In this document: positions 21,628 through 31,894 of the stretch, one piece after another
Layout: each line of letters begins with the position of its first letter
Position numbering within the stretch: position 1 is the stretch's first letter
Origin: Promethearchaeia archaeon
Lineage (GTDB): Archaea > Asgardarchaeota > Lokiarchaeia > Sigyniarchaeales > SOKP01
Reading direction: 5' to 3'
Assembly (NCBI GenBank): GCA_046497275.1
Contig: JAWOFX010000078.1
Coordinates: 3,024 to 67,023 of the forward strand
Length of the DNA: 64,000 bases
The notes under the pieces: generated by a model
Told to the model about the DNA's origin: nothing
The model's database searches: none
What the model saw: the letters and a program-made list of their open reading frames with translations, nothing else
Made by a program: the position numbers and the translations under genes

Positions 21628-22632
21628 ATGGATCAAAAAAAAGAGTTTATAATAAAACTCATTCCATCAATTTTATATTTTGGATTATGTACTATTATAC
21701 TTCTACTTGACTTTAATATCTGGATAGAAGGCTCTGAGGAGTATCCAAAATTCTATATCATGCCAATAGTAATCTCATTGATATTGTATATTTTTTTAAT
21801 AGTAGCATTAGAGATTTTCAAAAAAGGAAAGTCATTAGAATCATTGGGAAGCGATGTAGATTTTCAGAAAACGGTCTATCTTTTCATAATATATTTGATG
21901 GTAATATGGGTTCCCAGACAATTTATGATATGGAAATTTGGAATTACATATGAAAAACTTCCTTTACTTTACTTAATAGTGACTCAAATAATTTTAGTTG
22001 AGGGATTAATTTTAAAAGATTTCGGTCTCAAAAAGCAGAATCTACTGAAAAATATCATTCTAGGATGTCTTATCGCTCTGTTAGATATTTCTATTATGAC
22101 ACTTGTAAATATTATAATCCCTCTAGCCTTAGAAGGAAATAATGCTTTTTCAATAATCGAAACCTTCGAAATTATGCAATTTATAACTCTTGCGTGGCAA
22201 ATGTTAGCAGTTGGTGTAAGTGAGGAACTATTTTTTAGAGGTTATTTCTTTACTAAAATGCGTAGATCGGGTAAATCATTTTGGTATGCCACAATTTTTA
22301 CTTCTATTGTGTTTATGATTTTTCATATTCCTTGGCTTATCAATGCAGATTTAACTTTAAATCTTAGTATCTCTTATGTCATTTGGCGTGTAATTAATAC
22401 ATTTCCTTTTGCGATTGTATGTTGTGTTTTATATGAAAAAACAGGGAGTTTGGCTGCCCCAATAGTATACCATGGATTTAGTAATTCCTTAACGTCATTT
22501 ATTTTTCTTTATGTGAGTCCAAGTTCCTTATTTCTAGCAGAAATTCTTATTTCTTCTATAGCATTTTTCAATTTGTTCTTTATTGCTCTCATAGCGCCAA
22601 AATTAGTGAAAATATTAAAAATAAAGAAATAA
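21628..22632 (+). CDS. CPBP family intramembrane glutamic endopeptidase (CAAX protease/Rce1-like)
   Basis: Motifs 'SEELFFRGYFF', 'FMIFHI' and 'YHGFSN' on a multi-TM scaffold. Confidence 0.8.
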   Translation: MDQKKEFIIKLIPSILYFGLCTIILLLDFNIWIEGSEEYPKFYIMPIVISLILYIFLIVALEIFKKGKSLESLGSDVDFQKTVYLFIIYLMVIWVPRQFMIWKFGITYEKLPLLYLIVTQIILVEGLILKDFGLKKQNLLKNIILGCLIALLDISIMTLVNIIIPLALEGNNAFSIIETFEIMQFITLAWQMLAVGVSEELFFRGYFFTKMRRSGKSFWYATIFTSIVFMIFHIPWLINADLTLNLSISYVIWRVINTFPFAIVCCVLYEKTGSLAAPIVYHGFSNSLTSFIFLYVSPSSLFLAEILISSIAFFNLFFIALIAPKLVKILKIKK

Positions 22633-22639
22633 AAATTAT

Positions 22640-23536
22640 TTATACTCTATTTTTTTTATCAGTATCTCTAAGATCTAGATCTAAAGGATCCTCTAAAGGC
22701 CCACTTATTCCGATCTTTTTAGCGAATTTCTGGATATAGCGTTTTCTATGTTCATATGTCATATCAATTAAAATGAATATGGGAACTATAATCAAAGTAA
22801 ATATGATTGGAAATAATGGCCACGTTATCAAAAAGATTATGTTCGAGATCTCGACAGATCCTCCACCTAAATTAATGCTTATAAATACCGCTAAGATTTG
22901 ATAATATGAAATAATCACTGTTATACCCGCATAACCTTTCAATAAATAATTAAGCCACGAACCCACACCTCTCACTTCTACTGGGAATGTTTTGTCCTTA
23001 ACTCTATTTCTATTTGTATAAACTATACCAGCATCCAATAAGAACCATACAGCACTAAATGCTGCTAAGGAAAATCCAAGCAAAAAGGAAATTAATATAT
23101 TAAATGTTAATCCTTGTGCAAAATCTGTGGTATATCCGACAAAAAACTCTTGAAGTACAGGATTTTCTGATAGTATTAAAGCAAAATTGATGGTCATTAA
23201 TACTGGAAAAAAACCTCGCAAAGAACCTTTAAATTCTTTACTTTGACTCCTCTCTTGGATACCGTATTCCATTTTTAAACCAATTGTGTATTTATGGACA
23301 ACTAAAAGGAGCGGAGCTAACACGTATCCCGGTAAGATTCCTCCAATAAGTGCAGATGCCCATGAAATTAGTAGAATTAACAAGGAGTCAAATCCCATAT
23401 TTTCAATGGGTGAGAATGCTATAAATCCACTACCTGATGCAAAAAAGCCTAAAATAAATGTGACGAGTAAAAAAATTACAAAAATTATTGTGGTTATAAT
23501 TAAAGGTTTTTTATATCGTTTGATTGTCATTTTCAA
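22640..23536 (-). CDS. Integral membrane protein
   Basis: About 7 hydrophobic helices. No recognisable motif. Confidence 0.5.
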   Translation of the reverse strand: MKMTIKRYKKPLIITTIIFVIFLLVTFILGFFASGSGFIAFSPIENMGFDSLLILLISWASALIGGILPGYVLAPLLLVVHKYTIGLKMEYGIQERSQSKEFKGSLRGFFPVLMTINFALILSENPVLQEFFVGYTTDFAQGLTFNILISFLLGFSLAAFSAVWFLLDAGIVYTNRNRVKDKTFPVEVRGVGSWLNYLLKGYAGITVIISYYQILAVFISINLGGGSVEISNIIFLITWPLFPIIFTLIIVPIFILIDMTYEHRKRYIQKFAKKIGISGPLEDPLDLDLRDTDKKNRV

Positions 23537-23687
23537 ATCAAGGAAAATTTTTTATTTAGTATAATTATTAGAATCAATTTAATTGAACTAATATAAAAAA
23601 TTTCTTGTTTTTGCCTAGTTTCGCTAATAGAATAATATTAATTCATTGGAAATCTTTAATAAAGCTCATAAGTATTATTATTTAGAT

Positions 23688-24878
23688 ATGGATGCAAAAG
23701 AACGAGTATTAAATGCAATAGAACACAAGGAATCAGATAGAATCCCATCATTTGAGCTTTCAATAGATAATTTGAGCATTTGTAAGCATTTTGAGGAAGA
23801 GTACGTTTTTCAAGGTATCGTGAAAAGCTTTCAACAAACATATAAATTGTGTGAGGGGGATACTGACGCCTTGACAAAAACGATTTTAATGGCTACTGAA
23901 ACACGATCGTATCTTAAAAATACATTAAATAGACATCTAAGTCTGTATCAAAAAATTGGGATAGATTTATCTATAGTTCCTTTTACAGGCTATATTTTAT
24001 TTCCAAAAAATTGTTTTGAGGATTATTTTATAGATGAGTATGGTCGGATTTTTGATTTAAAAAGAAATCCCTCGGATATGATGGATATTGCATATTATAA
24101 AACAGGTTATTTTGAAAATTTCGAAGATTATGAAAATTTCGAAAGACCAAATCCTAAGGAAGCAAGAAGAGAAACATATTTTAAGGCAATGAAAAAAACG
24201 GAGAAACAGTATAAAGGTGAGGTATTTGTAATCCCGTCAATGTGGGGGGTATTTGAATCCACATGGCAATCATTTGGGTTTTCCACATTTAGCAAATTAA
24301 TGCGAGATCCTCGCAAGATGGAAAATATTTTTAATGAGAGAGGGAACTTTGCATTAGAATTAGCTAAGACTTTCATAGAATGGGGGGAAGATGGAGCGAT
24401 TCTAATATATGATGATTATGGATATAAATCAGGTCTATTAATGAACCCTAAAATGTTGCAGAAATATGTTATTCCTTGGATAGAAAAAATATGCCAAGAA
24501 GCTCATAAAAGTGGTGTGAAAATTATTCTTCATAGTTGTGGTGATGTTTATGAAATATTTGATGATCTTGTAAACACAGGAATCGATGCTATCCACCCTA
24601 TCGAACCAACTACAAGTAATCCAAAATATGATATCTTTCAATTGGCTAAAAAATATGGAGAGCGTCTTACATTTATTGGGAATGTTTCTCCTCAGGATTT
24701 AGCTAATAAGGACACAGCATATATTAAAAATTATACTTCCAAATTAATTAAGAAATTAGGACCAAATGGAGGATATATTATGAGTTCAGGGCATAGCATT
24801 AATCCAGCAGTGAAATTGGAAAACTTTTTGGCTATGTATGAAACTTTAGAAAAGGAAGGGGTATATCCTATAAATTAA
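23688..24878 (+). CDS. Uroporphyrinogen decarboxylase (URO-D) family protein, MtaA/CmuA-like methyltransferase type
   Basis: 'ERVLNAIEHKESDRIP' and 'ILHSCGDVYEIFDDLVNTGIDAIHPIEP' are typical of the URO-D/MtaA family. ATG 23688 is preferred over the track's TTG at 23646. Confidence 0.75.
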   Translation: MDAKERVLNAIEHKESDRIPSFELSIDNLSICKHFEEEYVFQGIVKSFQQTYKLCEGDTDALTKTILMATETRSYLKNTLNRHLSLYQKIGIDLSIVPFTGYILFPKNCFEDYFIDEYGRIFDLKRNPSDMMDIAYYKTGYFENFEDYENFERPNPKEARRETYFKAMKKTEKQYKGEVFVIPSMWGVFESTWQSFGFSTFSKLMRDPRKMENIFNERGNFALELAKTFIEWGEDGAILIYDDYGYKSGLLMNPKMLQKYVIPWIEKICQEAHKSGVKIILHSCGDVYEIFDDLVNTGIDAIHPIEPTTSNPKYDIFQLAKKYGERLTFIGNVSPQDLANKDTAYIKNYTSKLIKKLGPNGGYIMSSGHSINPAVKLENFLAMYETLEKEGVYPIN

Positions 24879-25062
24879 AATCAAATATTTCTAATTTACT
24901 TTTTAAAATAAAAAGCATACTTATACTTCTAAAAATTAGTATCAGTTCAGTTATATTTTATTGATCATTATAAGAACTCTTTTGAGGTTTTATCAATCTA
25001 TACTATCAATAATGAATGATTAAATAATCATAATTGATATTAAAAAACTATAAAAAACGATA

Positions 25063-25671
25063 ATGTCTCAAGTAACCAAAATTGTTGAGGAAGGCTATAA
25101 TAAGATTGCTGAATCATATTATAACCATCGTAATTTAGAAAAATTCAATGGAGAGCTCGAAAGTTTTTCATTATTAATTCCAGAGAATGCAAAAGTTTTA
25201 GATGTTGGATGTGGTGCAGGTATTCCAACTGCTAAATTTCTCGTAAAAAAAGGATTTGATGTTACTGGAATAGATATTTCTGAGAGGATGATTGACTTAG
25301 CCAGAGAAAATGTTCCCAATGGAAAATTTTTAAAGATGGATATTAATAATTTAGATTTTCCCGAGGAAAGCTTTGACGGAATCATCTCTGTTTATACCTT
25401 ATTTCATATTCCTAAGGAAAATCATTTTAAAATTTTTCAAAACTTTTATTCACTCTTAAAACCAGAAGGTGTGATTATGATTAATACCGGAATATCAGAA
25501 TCAGAAAGTTTCAGTAGGTTTTTTGGAGTTAAAATGTTTTGGAGCAACCATAATCCAGATAAAACTTTAGCATTAGTAAAAGACGCGGGATTTTCAGTAT
25601 TGTTTGAGGGAATATTAGTAAGAGGTGGAGAATATCAATATTGGATTTTTGGAAAGAAAGAAAAAAATTAA
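25063..25671 (+). CDS. Class I SAM-dependent methyltransferase
   Basis: Motif I 'VLDVGCGAGIPT' and 'FDGIISVYTLFHI'. Confidence 0.85.
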   Translation: MSQVTKIVEEGYNKIAESYYNHRNLEKFNGELESFSLLIPENAKVLDVGCGAGIPTAKFLVKKGFDVTGIDISERMIDLARENVPNGKFLKMDINNLDFPEESFDGIISVYTLFHIPKENHFKIFQNFYSLLKPEGVIMINTGISESESFSRFFGVKMFWSNHNPDKTLALVKDAGFSVLFEGILVRGGEYQYWIFGKKEKN

Positions 25672-25973
25672 AGAAATTTATTATATTTTTAACTTTTTTA
25701 ATAAATTTTTAAGCAATTTAGAAATAATGCGCTAAGGACTTTATAATCTTTTATCTCTATAGATATATATAATTAATCTAAAATCCATTTAATCTTCTTT
25801 AAAAAATTCATAAAAACCTTACTTATATTTTTCTTACAAAAAGGTTAAAAAGGCTTTTTTATAAATAAAATTAGGATATATTTTTGAAAGGATCTTCAAA
25901 AAAGACCTTATAATTTAATAGGGATTAGGTTTAATGAAAAAAAATTATAAAAATAACTAATATTGGGATAAAA

Positions 25974-27128
25974 TTGTCTAAGGAAATAAAGAAAGCAACT
26001 GAATCAAATCAATTTTTATCAAGTTTATTTAATAACATGGAAGCGGCTGTATTTCTGGTTGATAAAGAAGCCCGTGTTAAAAATATAAATAAATCCTTCA
26101 GCAAACTCTTTCAAAAATCTGAGGAAGAGATCTACAACGAATTATGTGGCAATGCGATCGGATGCATTTTTCCTATAAGAGAAGAAACGGATTGTGGAAA
26201 AACATATAATTGTAATAAATGCACTCTCAGGAAAGCAATAATGAAGTGTTTTAAAGAAAAGGGAGAAGTACAAAGAACGATACTTAAAAGAGAATTTTAT
26301 TTAGGCGACAATTTTTACTTAAAATACTTCTATATTATAGCAAACTATTTTGAATATGAGGAGAATGAATTCGTACTGATTATAATTAATGATATAACAG
26401 AAATAGAATCGGCAAGAGAAAGACTAAAAGAATTGAATAGGATTAGAAATGAATTCTTAGGAATAGCTGCCCACGACTTAAAAAGTCCAATCTCTGTTAT
26501 TTCTATGGCCTCATCTTACTTATTAGAGATTCCAGAGTTAAGGGGAAATAATGAAAATAAGAAATTATTGGAATTAATACAAAATTCCAGTAACTATATG
26601 ATAGAATTAGTGAATAACTTTTTGGATTTGTCAAAAATAGAGGCTGGTGAACTAATTCTTGATAAAATAGAAGTAGATTATGTAGAATTCGTGAAAGAGG
26701 TTTTAGAATTGAATAAAATTGCTGCTAGAAGTAAGAATATTAATATTGATTTAGATGTAGTAGATAACTATTCTCCTATAATAAAGATCGATAAAAGCTA
26801 TATCCAACAGGTAATAAACAATCTAATTGATAATGCAATTAAATTCTCACATCAAGGTTCCATAATAACTGTTAGAATCATGAAAAAAGATACGGACATG
26901 GTTTTAACTGAAATTTCTGATCAAGGTCAAGGAATTCCCGAAAAAGATATTGATAATTTATTTAGAAAATATCGAACCAGTTCTGTAAAAACTCCGAACG
27001 GTGGGAAAAGTAGCGGACTAGGTTTAGCAATTTCTAAAAAAATTGTGAAAAAACATGATGGGAAAATAGGAGTCAGAAGCAAATTAGGAAAAGGTTCAAC
27101 ATTCTATTTTATACTTCCTCTAAATTAA
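25974..27128 (+). CDS. Cytoplasmic sensor histidine kinase with Cys-rich PAS-like input domain
   Basis: HisKA 'FLGIAAHDLKSPIS', HATPase N box 'NLIDNAIKFS', G boxes 'DQGQGI' and 'GLGLAI'. No TM segment. Six-Cys cluster at nt 26145-26249. Confidence 0.9.
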   Translation: MSKEIKKATESNQFLSSLFNNMEAAVFLVDKEARVKNINKSFSKLFQKSEEEIYNELCGNAIGCIFPIREETDCGKTYNCNKCTLRKAIMKCFKEKGEVQRTILKREFYLGDNFYLKYFYIIANYFEYEENEFVLIIINDITEIESARERLKELNRIRNEFLGIAAHDLKSPISVISMASSYLLEIPELRGNNENKKLLELIQNSSNYMIELVNNFLDLSKIEAGELILDKIEVDYVEFVKEVLELNKIAARSKNINIDLDVVDNYSPIIKIDKSYIQQVINNLIDNAIKFSHQGSIITVRIMKKDTDMVLTEISDQGQGIPEKDIDNLFRKYRTSSVKTPNGGKSSGLGLAISKKIVKKHDGKIGVRSKLGKGSTFYFILPLN

Positions 27129-27280
27129 ATAATCTAAGTAAAATATTAATTTTAAGAAATTACTCTATATAATTCTATAAATCTATATATTACAAAAGTT
27201 TAGATATGTTATTTTTTACTACTTTATTACTATTTTAAACGATATACTAAAAAATAAATATCTAATAACGGATTATTACA

Positions 27281-29494
27281 ATGCTCTTTAAAAAAAACAA
27301 ATCAATATTATTCATTTTACTTTTCATCGGATTAATGCTTCCTTTGAGTTTTCATTTTTTAGTAGGTTTTTCTGAAAATCCTTTTACTAAAGAAAATCAG
27401 AGTGAATTTATTAACCGCGATTTTGAAATTCCTAAACTAAATTATATCTCAGATTCTTATCCGACGAATGAAAGTGTTGCGATAATAATTAATTCAACAA
27501 TATGGTCCGATCCAAATGCAAAAAATGCGATTAATCAATATGAAAATGATTTAAAATCTACAGGGTATAATATTTTGAAATATAGCGCTAATATTACCAA
27601 TGCTAAAACTCTTAAAAATCTACTAAAAGGGTATTATGAGAATTATAATTTGAGTGGAGCAGTATTTATCGGGGATTTACCATATATTTGGTTCGAGGAT
27701 CCTGCAGAAGATTATAACGAAGTTTTCGAATGTGATATATATTTTATGGATCTTGATGGTGATTGGTATGATACAAATGGAGATGGGATTTATGATGTAC
27801 ACAATGCAACTTCAGGAGCAGATGTACATCCGGAGATTTATATAGGAAGGATTGACGCTTCAAATAGAAATCTAGGATCTCAAACAAATGCTCAAGATAT
27901 ATATACCCTTCTAAATCGTTTACATTCTTATCGAAAGGGGAATTTAGCCATAGAACACAAAGCTTTAATGTATATAGATGATGATTGGCAAGGAGATGCA
28001 AATGGCACTTGGAATAACTGGCCAGCATGGATTGAAAATGCTTATGATAACCATGATGATATTCACACTCCAAGTACATGGACAAATAAGACTGATTGGT
28101 TAAATCGTCTTTATAGCAGTAATTATGAATTTGCTCATCTAGCAGTACATACATCATCATCTTCTATAGAAGGAAAGCATTATTTCGGTTCGGGATATGC
28201 AGGATCTGAAGGAAATTTAACTGCGACCGAAGTTCATAATAATGGAGGCGGTTTCAGCTTTTATAATTTATTTTGTTGTTGGGGAGCAGATTATAATACC
28301 TCTGATTGCATGGCAAATACATATCTATTTTCTGGAAATAATACTCAAGCAGTACTTGGATCAACAAAATCAGGCGGTATGCTTAATGGTGCATATTTTT
28401 ATGACAGTTTAGCGGAGAATAATACCTTTGGTCAAGCTCTTAAAGATTGGTTCCAATCAAATCCAACTTTAGGAGATATTAACAATCAATCATGGTTTTA
28501 TGGGATGTGTATTTTAGGAGATCCTTTTTCAACCATCCATTATGATTGCTCTGTACCAAAACCAACTATAAATTCAATAAAGCATAATGACGATCAATGG
28601 AGTCAAATGAGCTCTTTAGTTAGCTTTAATTGGACTTGTGTTTCTGATGTAAACGGACTTGATGGATCTTATTATATCTTTGATCAAAATCCTAATACGG
28701 TTCCAACCGCGAGCACTGGTATATACACAAAAATAAATGGAACATCCTTTTCGAACGTTGCTGATGGCATTTGGTATCTTCATGTTGTCGCAAAAGATAA
28801 ATTGGGGAATATTGGAGAAATAGGTGATCATTTCAAGTTAAAAATTGATACTACTGGTCCTGCTATAAATCTATTAACACCAGTAAATAATTACAACTCA
28901 TCGAGCAATTCTGTCTTTATTTCTTATGAAGCAATCGATCTTTACAACACATTTATGTTTTCCAGTGTATATGATGTTACCACAGATGTCTGGATTGATG
29001 TTGGGAGTCCCAACAAAAACGCAACTGCAACATCTTTGATACAAGGGCAACATATTATCAATATCACATGTTCTGATTCATTAGCAAATCCGAGTATCTT
29101 GCAATTCTCTATCTTTGTTGATCTTACTGATCCATTTATAAATATAACAAGTCCTTTATTTAATGAAACAGTGGAAAATAGATTTACGATCACATGGCAA
29201 GCTCTAGATGGAGAAAGTGGTATTAAATACACCGAGATATATAGCGATGAAACTCTTATTAAAACGGTGAATGGACCTCTTCAGAGCACAACGATCTCAG
29301 GATTAAGTGGAGGAGCTCATAATATTAATGTGACTACGTATGATTGGTCTGGTCGTTCCGCCTCTCAAACTATTTTACTTAATATATTAGCACCTCAGAA
29401 TAATATCCCTGGTTTTCCTATAAGTCTATTCTTGATTGGCTTAGCATTGATTTCAATAGTTTATATTGGTTCTAAAAAACAGAAACAACTCTAA
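27281..29494 (+). CDS. Secreted clan-CD (C25 gingipain-like) peptidase-domain protein with Ig-like repeats and PGF-CTERM anchor
   Basis: Signal peptide. 'AVFIGDLPYIWF', 'HLAVHTSSS' and 'LFCCWGADY' fit a C25-like His/Cys arrangement. Repeated beta-rich modules follow. The C-terminus is 'PGF'(29408-29416)+TM+KKQK. Confidence 0.6.
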   Translation: MLFKKNKSILFILLFIGLMLPLSFHFLVGFSENPFTKENQSEFINRDFEIPKLNYISDSYPTNESVAIIINSTIWSDPNAKNAINQYENDLKSTGYNILKYSANITNAKTLKNLLKGYYENYNLSGAVFIGDLPYIWFEDPAEDYNEVFECDIYFMDLDGDWYDTNGDGIYDVHNATSGADVHPEIYIGRIDASNRNLGSQTNAQDIYTLLNRLHSYRKGNLAIEHKALMYIDDDWQGDANGTWNNWPAWIENAYDNHDDIHTPSTWTNKTDWLNRLYSSNYEFAHLAVHTSSSSIEGKHYFGSGYAGSEGNLTATEVHNNGGGFSFYNLFCCWGADYNTSDCMANTYLFSGNNTQAVLGSTKSGGMLNGAYFYDSLAENNTFGQALKDWFQSNPTLGDINNQSWFYGMCILGDPFSTIHYDCSVPKPTINSIKHNDDQWSQMSSLVSFNWTCVSDVNGLDGSYYIFDQNPNTVPTASTGIYTKINGTSFSNVADGIWYLHVVAKDKLGNIGEIGDHFKLKIDTTGPAINLLTPVNNYNSSSNSVFISYEAIDLYNTFMFSSVYDVTTDVWIDVGSPNKNATATSLIQGQHIINITCSDSLANPSILQFSIFVDLTDPFINITSPLFNETVENRFTITWQALDGESGIKYTEIYSDETLIKTVNGPLQSTTISGLSGGAHNINVTTYDWSGRSASQTILLNILAPQNNIPGFPISLFLIGLALISIVYIGSKKQKQL

Positions 29495-29623
29495 AAACAT
29501 ATATTTTCCTTTTTTTTATTTAATTCAAATTTTTTATTTAAATATAACTAATTTAAAGAAGATTTAGCCATAAATCGGCACTCTCTTTAATTTAAATTTT
29601 GTTGAGAGGTTTAAATAAATTAG

Positions 29624-29923
29624 ATGTTTATGATGATAATGAAAAATATATCAAAAACGATTCAAAAATATACTTTAAATTTAAAAAAATATCCGAATGG
29701 ACAGTTAGCCGTATTTATAAAAGATGAGGATGGTTTTCCTATAGCTGAAATCTCGATTTTGGCTGATTCCATTGATTTAAATGAGAATGAATTCATCTAT
29801 AAAGATTATTCAGAATATAACAATCTTTCACAAGAATTATTAGATTCAAACGTTATCAAACCGACTAACAGATTTGTAATTATCGGATCTCATCTTTGCC
29901 CAATATGTGTCATTCCGAGTTAA
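29624..29923 (+). CDS. Hypothetical protein
   Basis: 99-aa ORF with no motif. Its 3' end overlaps the convergent helicase gene by 4 nt. Confidence 0.3.
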   Translation: MFMMIMKNISKTIQKYTLNLKKYPNGQLAVFIKDEDGFPIAEISILADSIDLNENEFIYKDYSEYNNLSQELLDSNVIKPTNRFVIIGSHLCPICVIPS

Positions 29924-31701
29924 GTTTGAAGAGGCTTTATAATCTCAATAAATTTATTGCCTCCGTTTGACTGATTTCCGCTCAAGATTAGTCTTTCCTT
30001 TGACCGCGTAACTCCTACATAAAGGAGTTGTCTCTCTTTATCAGAGGTATATGTATCCAATTCTGGAATAATGATGGTATCAAATTCTAATCCTTTAGTG
30101 CCATGAAGAGTTCCAATTAACACTCCTGGACTCTCAAAATTATATTGTTCCAAATCTTTCCATTCTATATTAAAATTTTTAAAAAATTCAAAAAGTGGGT
30201 GGTTAAAGTTTCGTTTTGCGAGATTTTTCTTGAACAATATCAAGATCTTGGCGTTTTGTTTAAGTAAGCGATCTATTCTTTCGGTTAATTTCATATACTC
30301 ATCTTGCCTTGAGTCGCTTAAAATAATCTCAACAATTCCATGGTTTCCAATAAATTCTTTAGTAGGTATAAATTCATCAAATTGACCTATGAGATTTATA
30401 ATACTTTCTGGTAAGACTTTTTGAGCAACTAATCCAATTTCAATTGGTGTACGATATGACTTTTCAAATCTTCTCACCCTTCCTCGAGCTTGAATTCCAA
30501 CACTCGACCACGTGAACCTTTTTCTCGCATAAATACCTTGAAGCCCGTCGCATGTGATTAATAAAGAGTTGGTTTGAGGATTTAACAATGGAATGATTGA
30601 GCGAAACCAATCTTCTTCAAAATCTTGAGCCTCATCAATGAGAATTGCATCATATAATACCTTTTTCTCTCCTTTTGTTTCTAACTTTTTGATGAGAAGA
30701 TTTGGAACAAATTCGTGAAAAAATAGTGACATTTTTCCTTTGTTTTTGGCACTTTCTTCTCCTTCCTCATAAAGTTTCGAGAATTGATCATGTTCACTTA
30801 ATAAATAATGGCGAGCCCATGAATGGTAAGTGGTGATCCTTATATCTGCTTCATAATCTTGTGGATTCAAAAGATGAAATAAAAGATTTCTTAATAACCT
30901 ATTATAGCATAGAATAAGAATTTTCCAATCTGGATTATTTAATGCTAAATACCGTGCACGTGCAATTAATAGTATGGTTTTTCCACTTCCAGCAACTCCA
31001 AATATTAATCGATGTCCCTCTCCTAATTCGTGTGCTAATTCTTCTTGTTCATCATCTAAAAGTTTTACTTTATCTTCTGATTTTATATAGGTTCTCAAAT
31101 TGGATTGACTAATAGTAGGTAGTCGACAAGTTGGAATTATATTCGCGCGTAGGATATTGAAATAATTTGATTCTAATTGAAATTGAGGAGGAATAAAATC
31201 ATTAAAAAAATGGTGGAAATTCTCATTTCTGCCAATAATTTCCTTAAAACATGGAAATACATGTTTTGGTGACAGATATTTAATTTTTTCAGCAACCTTA
31301 CTATTTTCCGATATCTGGCTGAATATGATTATGCGAATAATAGGGATATCTATATCTTCGGGAAAGTTGCTATGATCTATTTTATTTTTTATTGCTCTCC
31401 AATATTGATATATCTGATCAAATGGATTTGAAACCATTTTAGTTTTTTGATTCTTGCTAATTTCCCACGCACCTGATTTAGTAATAGTTTTGAGAGTATT
31501 TTGAGAGTAATCTTTCACTTCTACCACAATAACCCCAAATTTCGGTGATAATAGTAAGAAATCAGGTCTTAAACCGTTTATATCAGGTTCAAAATATACA
31601 TAAACCTCATTTTCCTCAGAAAAATAGTCTTCAATTCGATAATAAAAAGATCTTTCGCCCGGCATCGAATTTGAATTTGGTTTACTGAGAAATTTTGGCA
31701 T
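29920..31701 (-). CDS. NERD-domain / UvrD-like superfamily 1 helicase
   Basis: N-terminal NERD 'RPDFLLLSPKFGVIVVEVKDY', Walker A 'GVAGSGKT', Walker B 'ILIDEAQDF', and C-terminal 'HGTKGLEFD' and 'LLYVGVTRSKERL'. Confidence 0.85.
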   Translation of the reverse strand: MPKFLSKPNSNSMPGERSFYYRIEDYFSEENEVYVYFEPDINGLRPDFLLLSPKFGVIVVEVKDYSQNTLKTITKSGAWEISKNQKTKMVSNPFDQIYQYWRAIKNKIDHSNFPEDIDIPIIRIIIFSQISENSKVAEKIKYLSPKHVFPCFKEIIGRNENFHHFFNDFIPPQFQLESNYFNILRANIIPTCRLPTISQSNLRTYIKSEDKVKLLDDEQEELAHELGEGHRLIFGVAGSGKTILLIARARYLALNNPDWKILILCYNRLLRNLLFHLLNPQDYEADIRITTYHSWARHYLLSEHDQFSKLYEEGEESAKNKGKMSLFFHEFVPNLLIKKLETKGEKKVLYDAILIDEAQDFEEDWFRSIIPLLNPQTNSLLITCDGLQGIYARKRFTWSSVGIQARGRVRRFEKSYRTPIEIGLVAQKVLPESIINLIGQFDEFIPTKEFIGNHGIVEIILSDSRQDEYMKLTERIDRLLKQNAKILILFKKNLAKRNFNHPLFEFFKNFNIEWKDLEQYNFESPGVLIGTLHGTKGLEFDTIIIPELDTYTSDKERQLLYVGVTRSKERLILSGNQSNGGNKFIEIIKPLQT

Positions 31702-31705
31702 ATGT

Positions 31706-31894
31706 TTATACCCATTTGAAATATTTCATTTTTTGTGCACAATATTCCTTAAATAAAGAATTGTAAAGGTTATAAATAAATCTACCGTTCATATCACGCA
31801 GAGGATAACGGAAAATGTAATTTTTTCCTTTTTGAGAAAAAATATCTTTGAATTTTGAAATATCTAGAAAAAGAAAGTAAAAACTCATAATCAT
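31706..31894 (-). CDS. Small hypothetical protein wedged between the GNAT and helicase genes
   Basis: 62-aa ORF. Its start overlaps the GNAT stop by 4 nt, and its stop lies 4 nt before the helicase start. The tight packing is the only support. Confidence 0.3.
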   Translation of the reverse strand: MIMSFYFLFLDISKFKDIFSQKGKNYIFRYPLRDMNGRFIYNLYNSLFKEYCAQKMKYFKWV

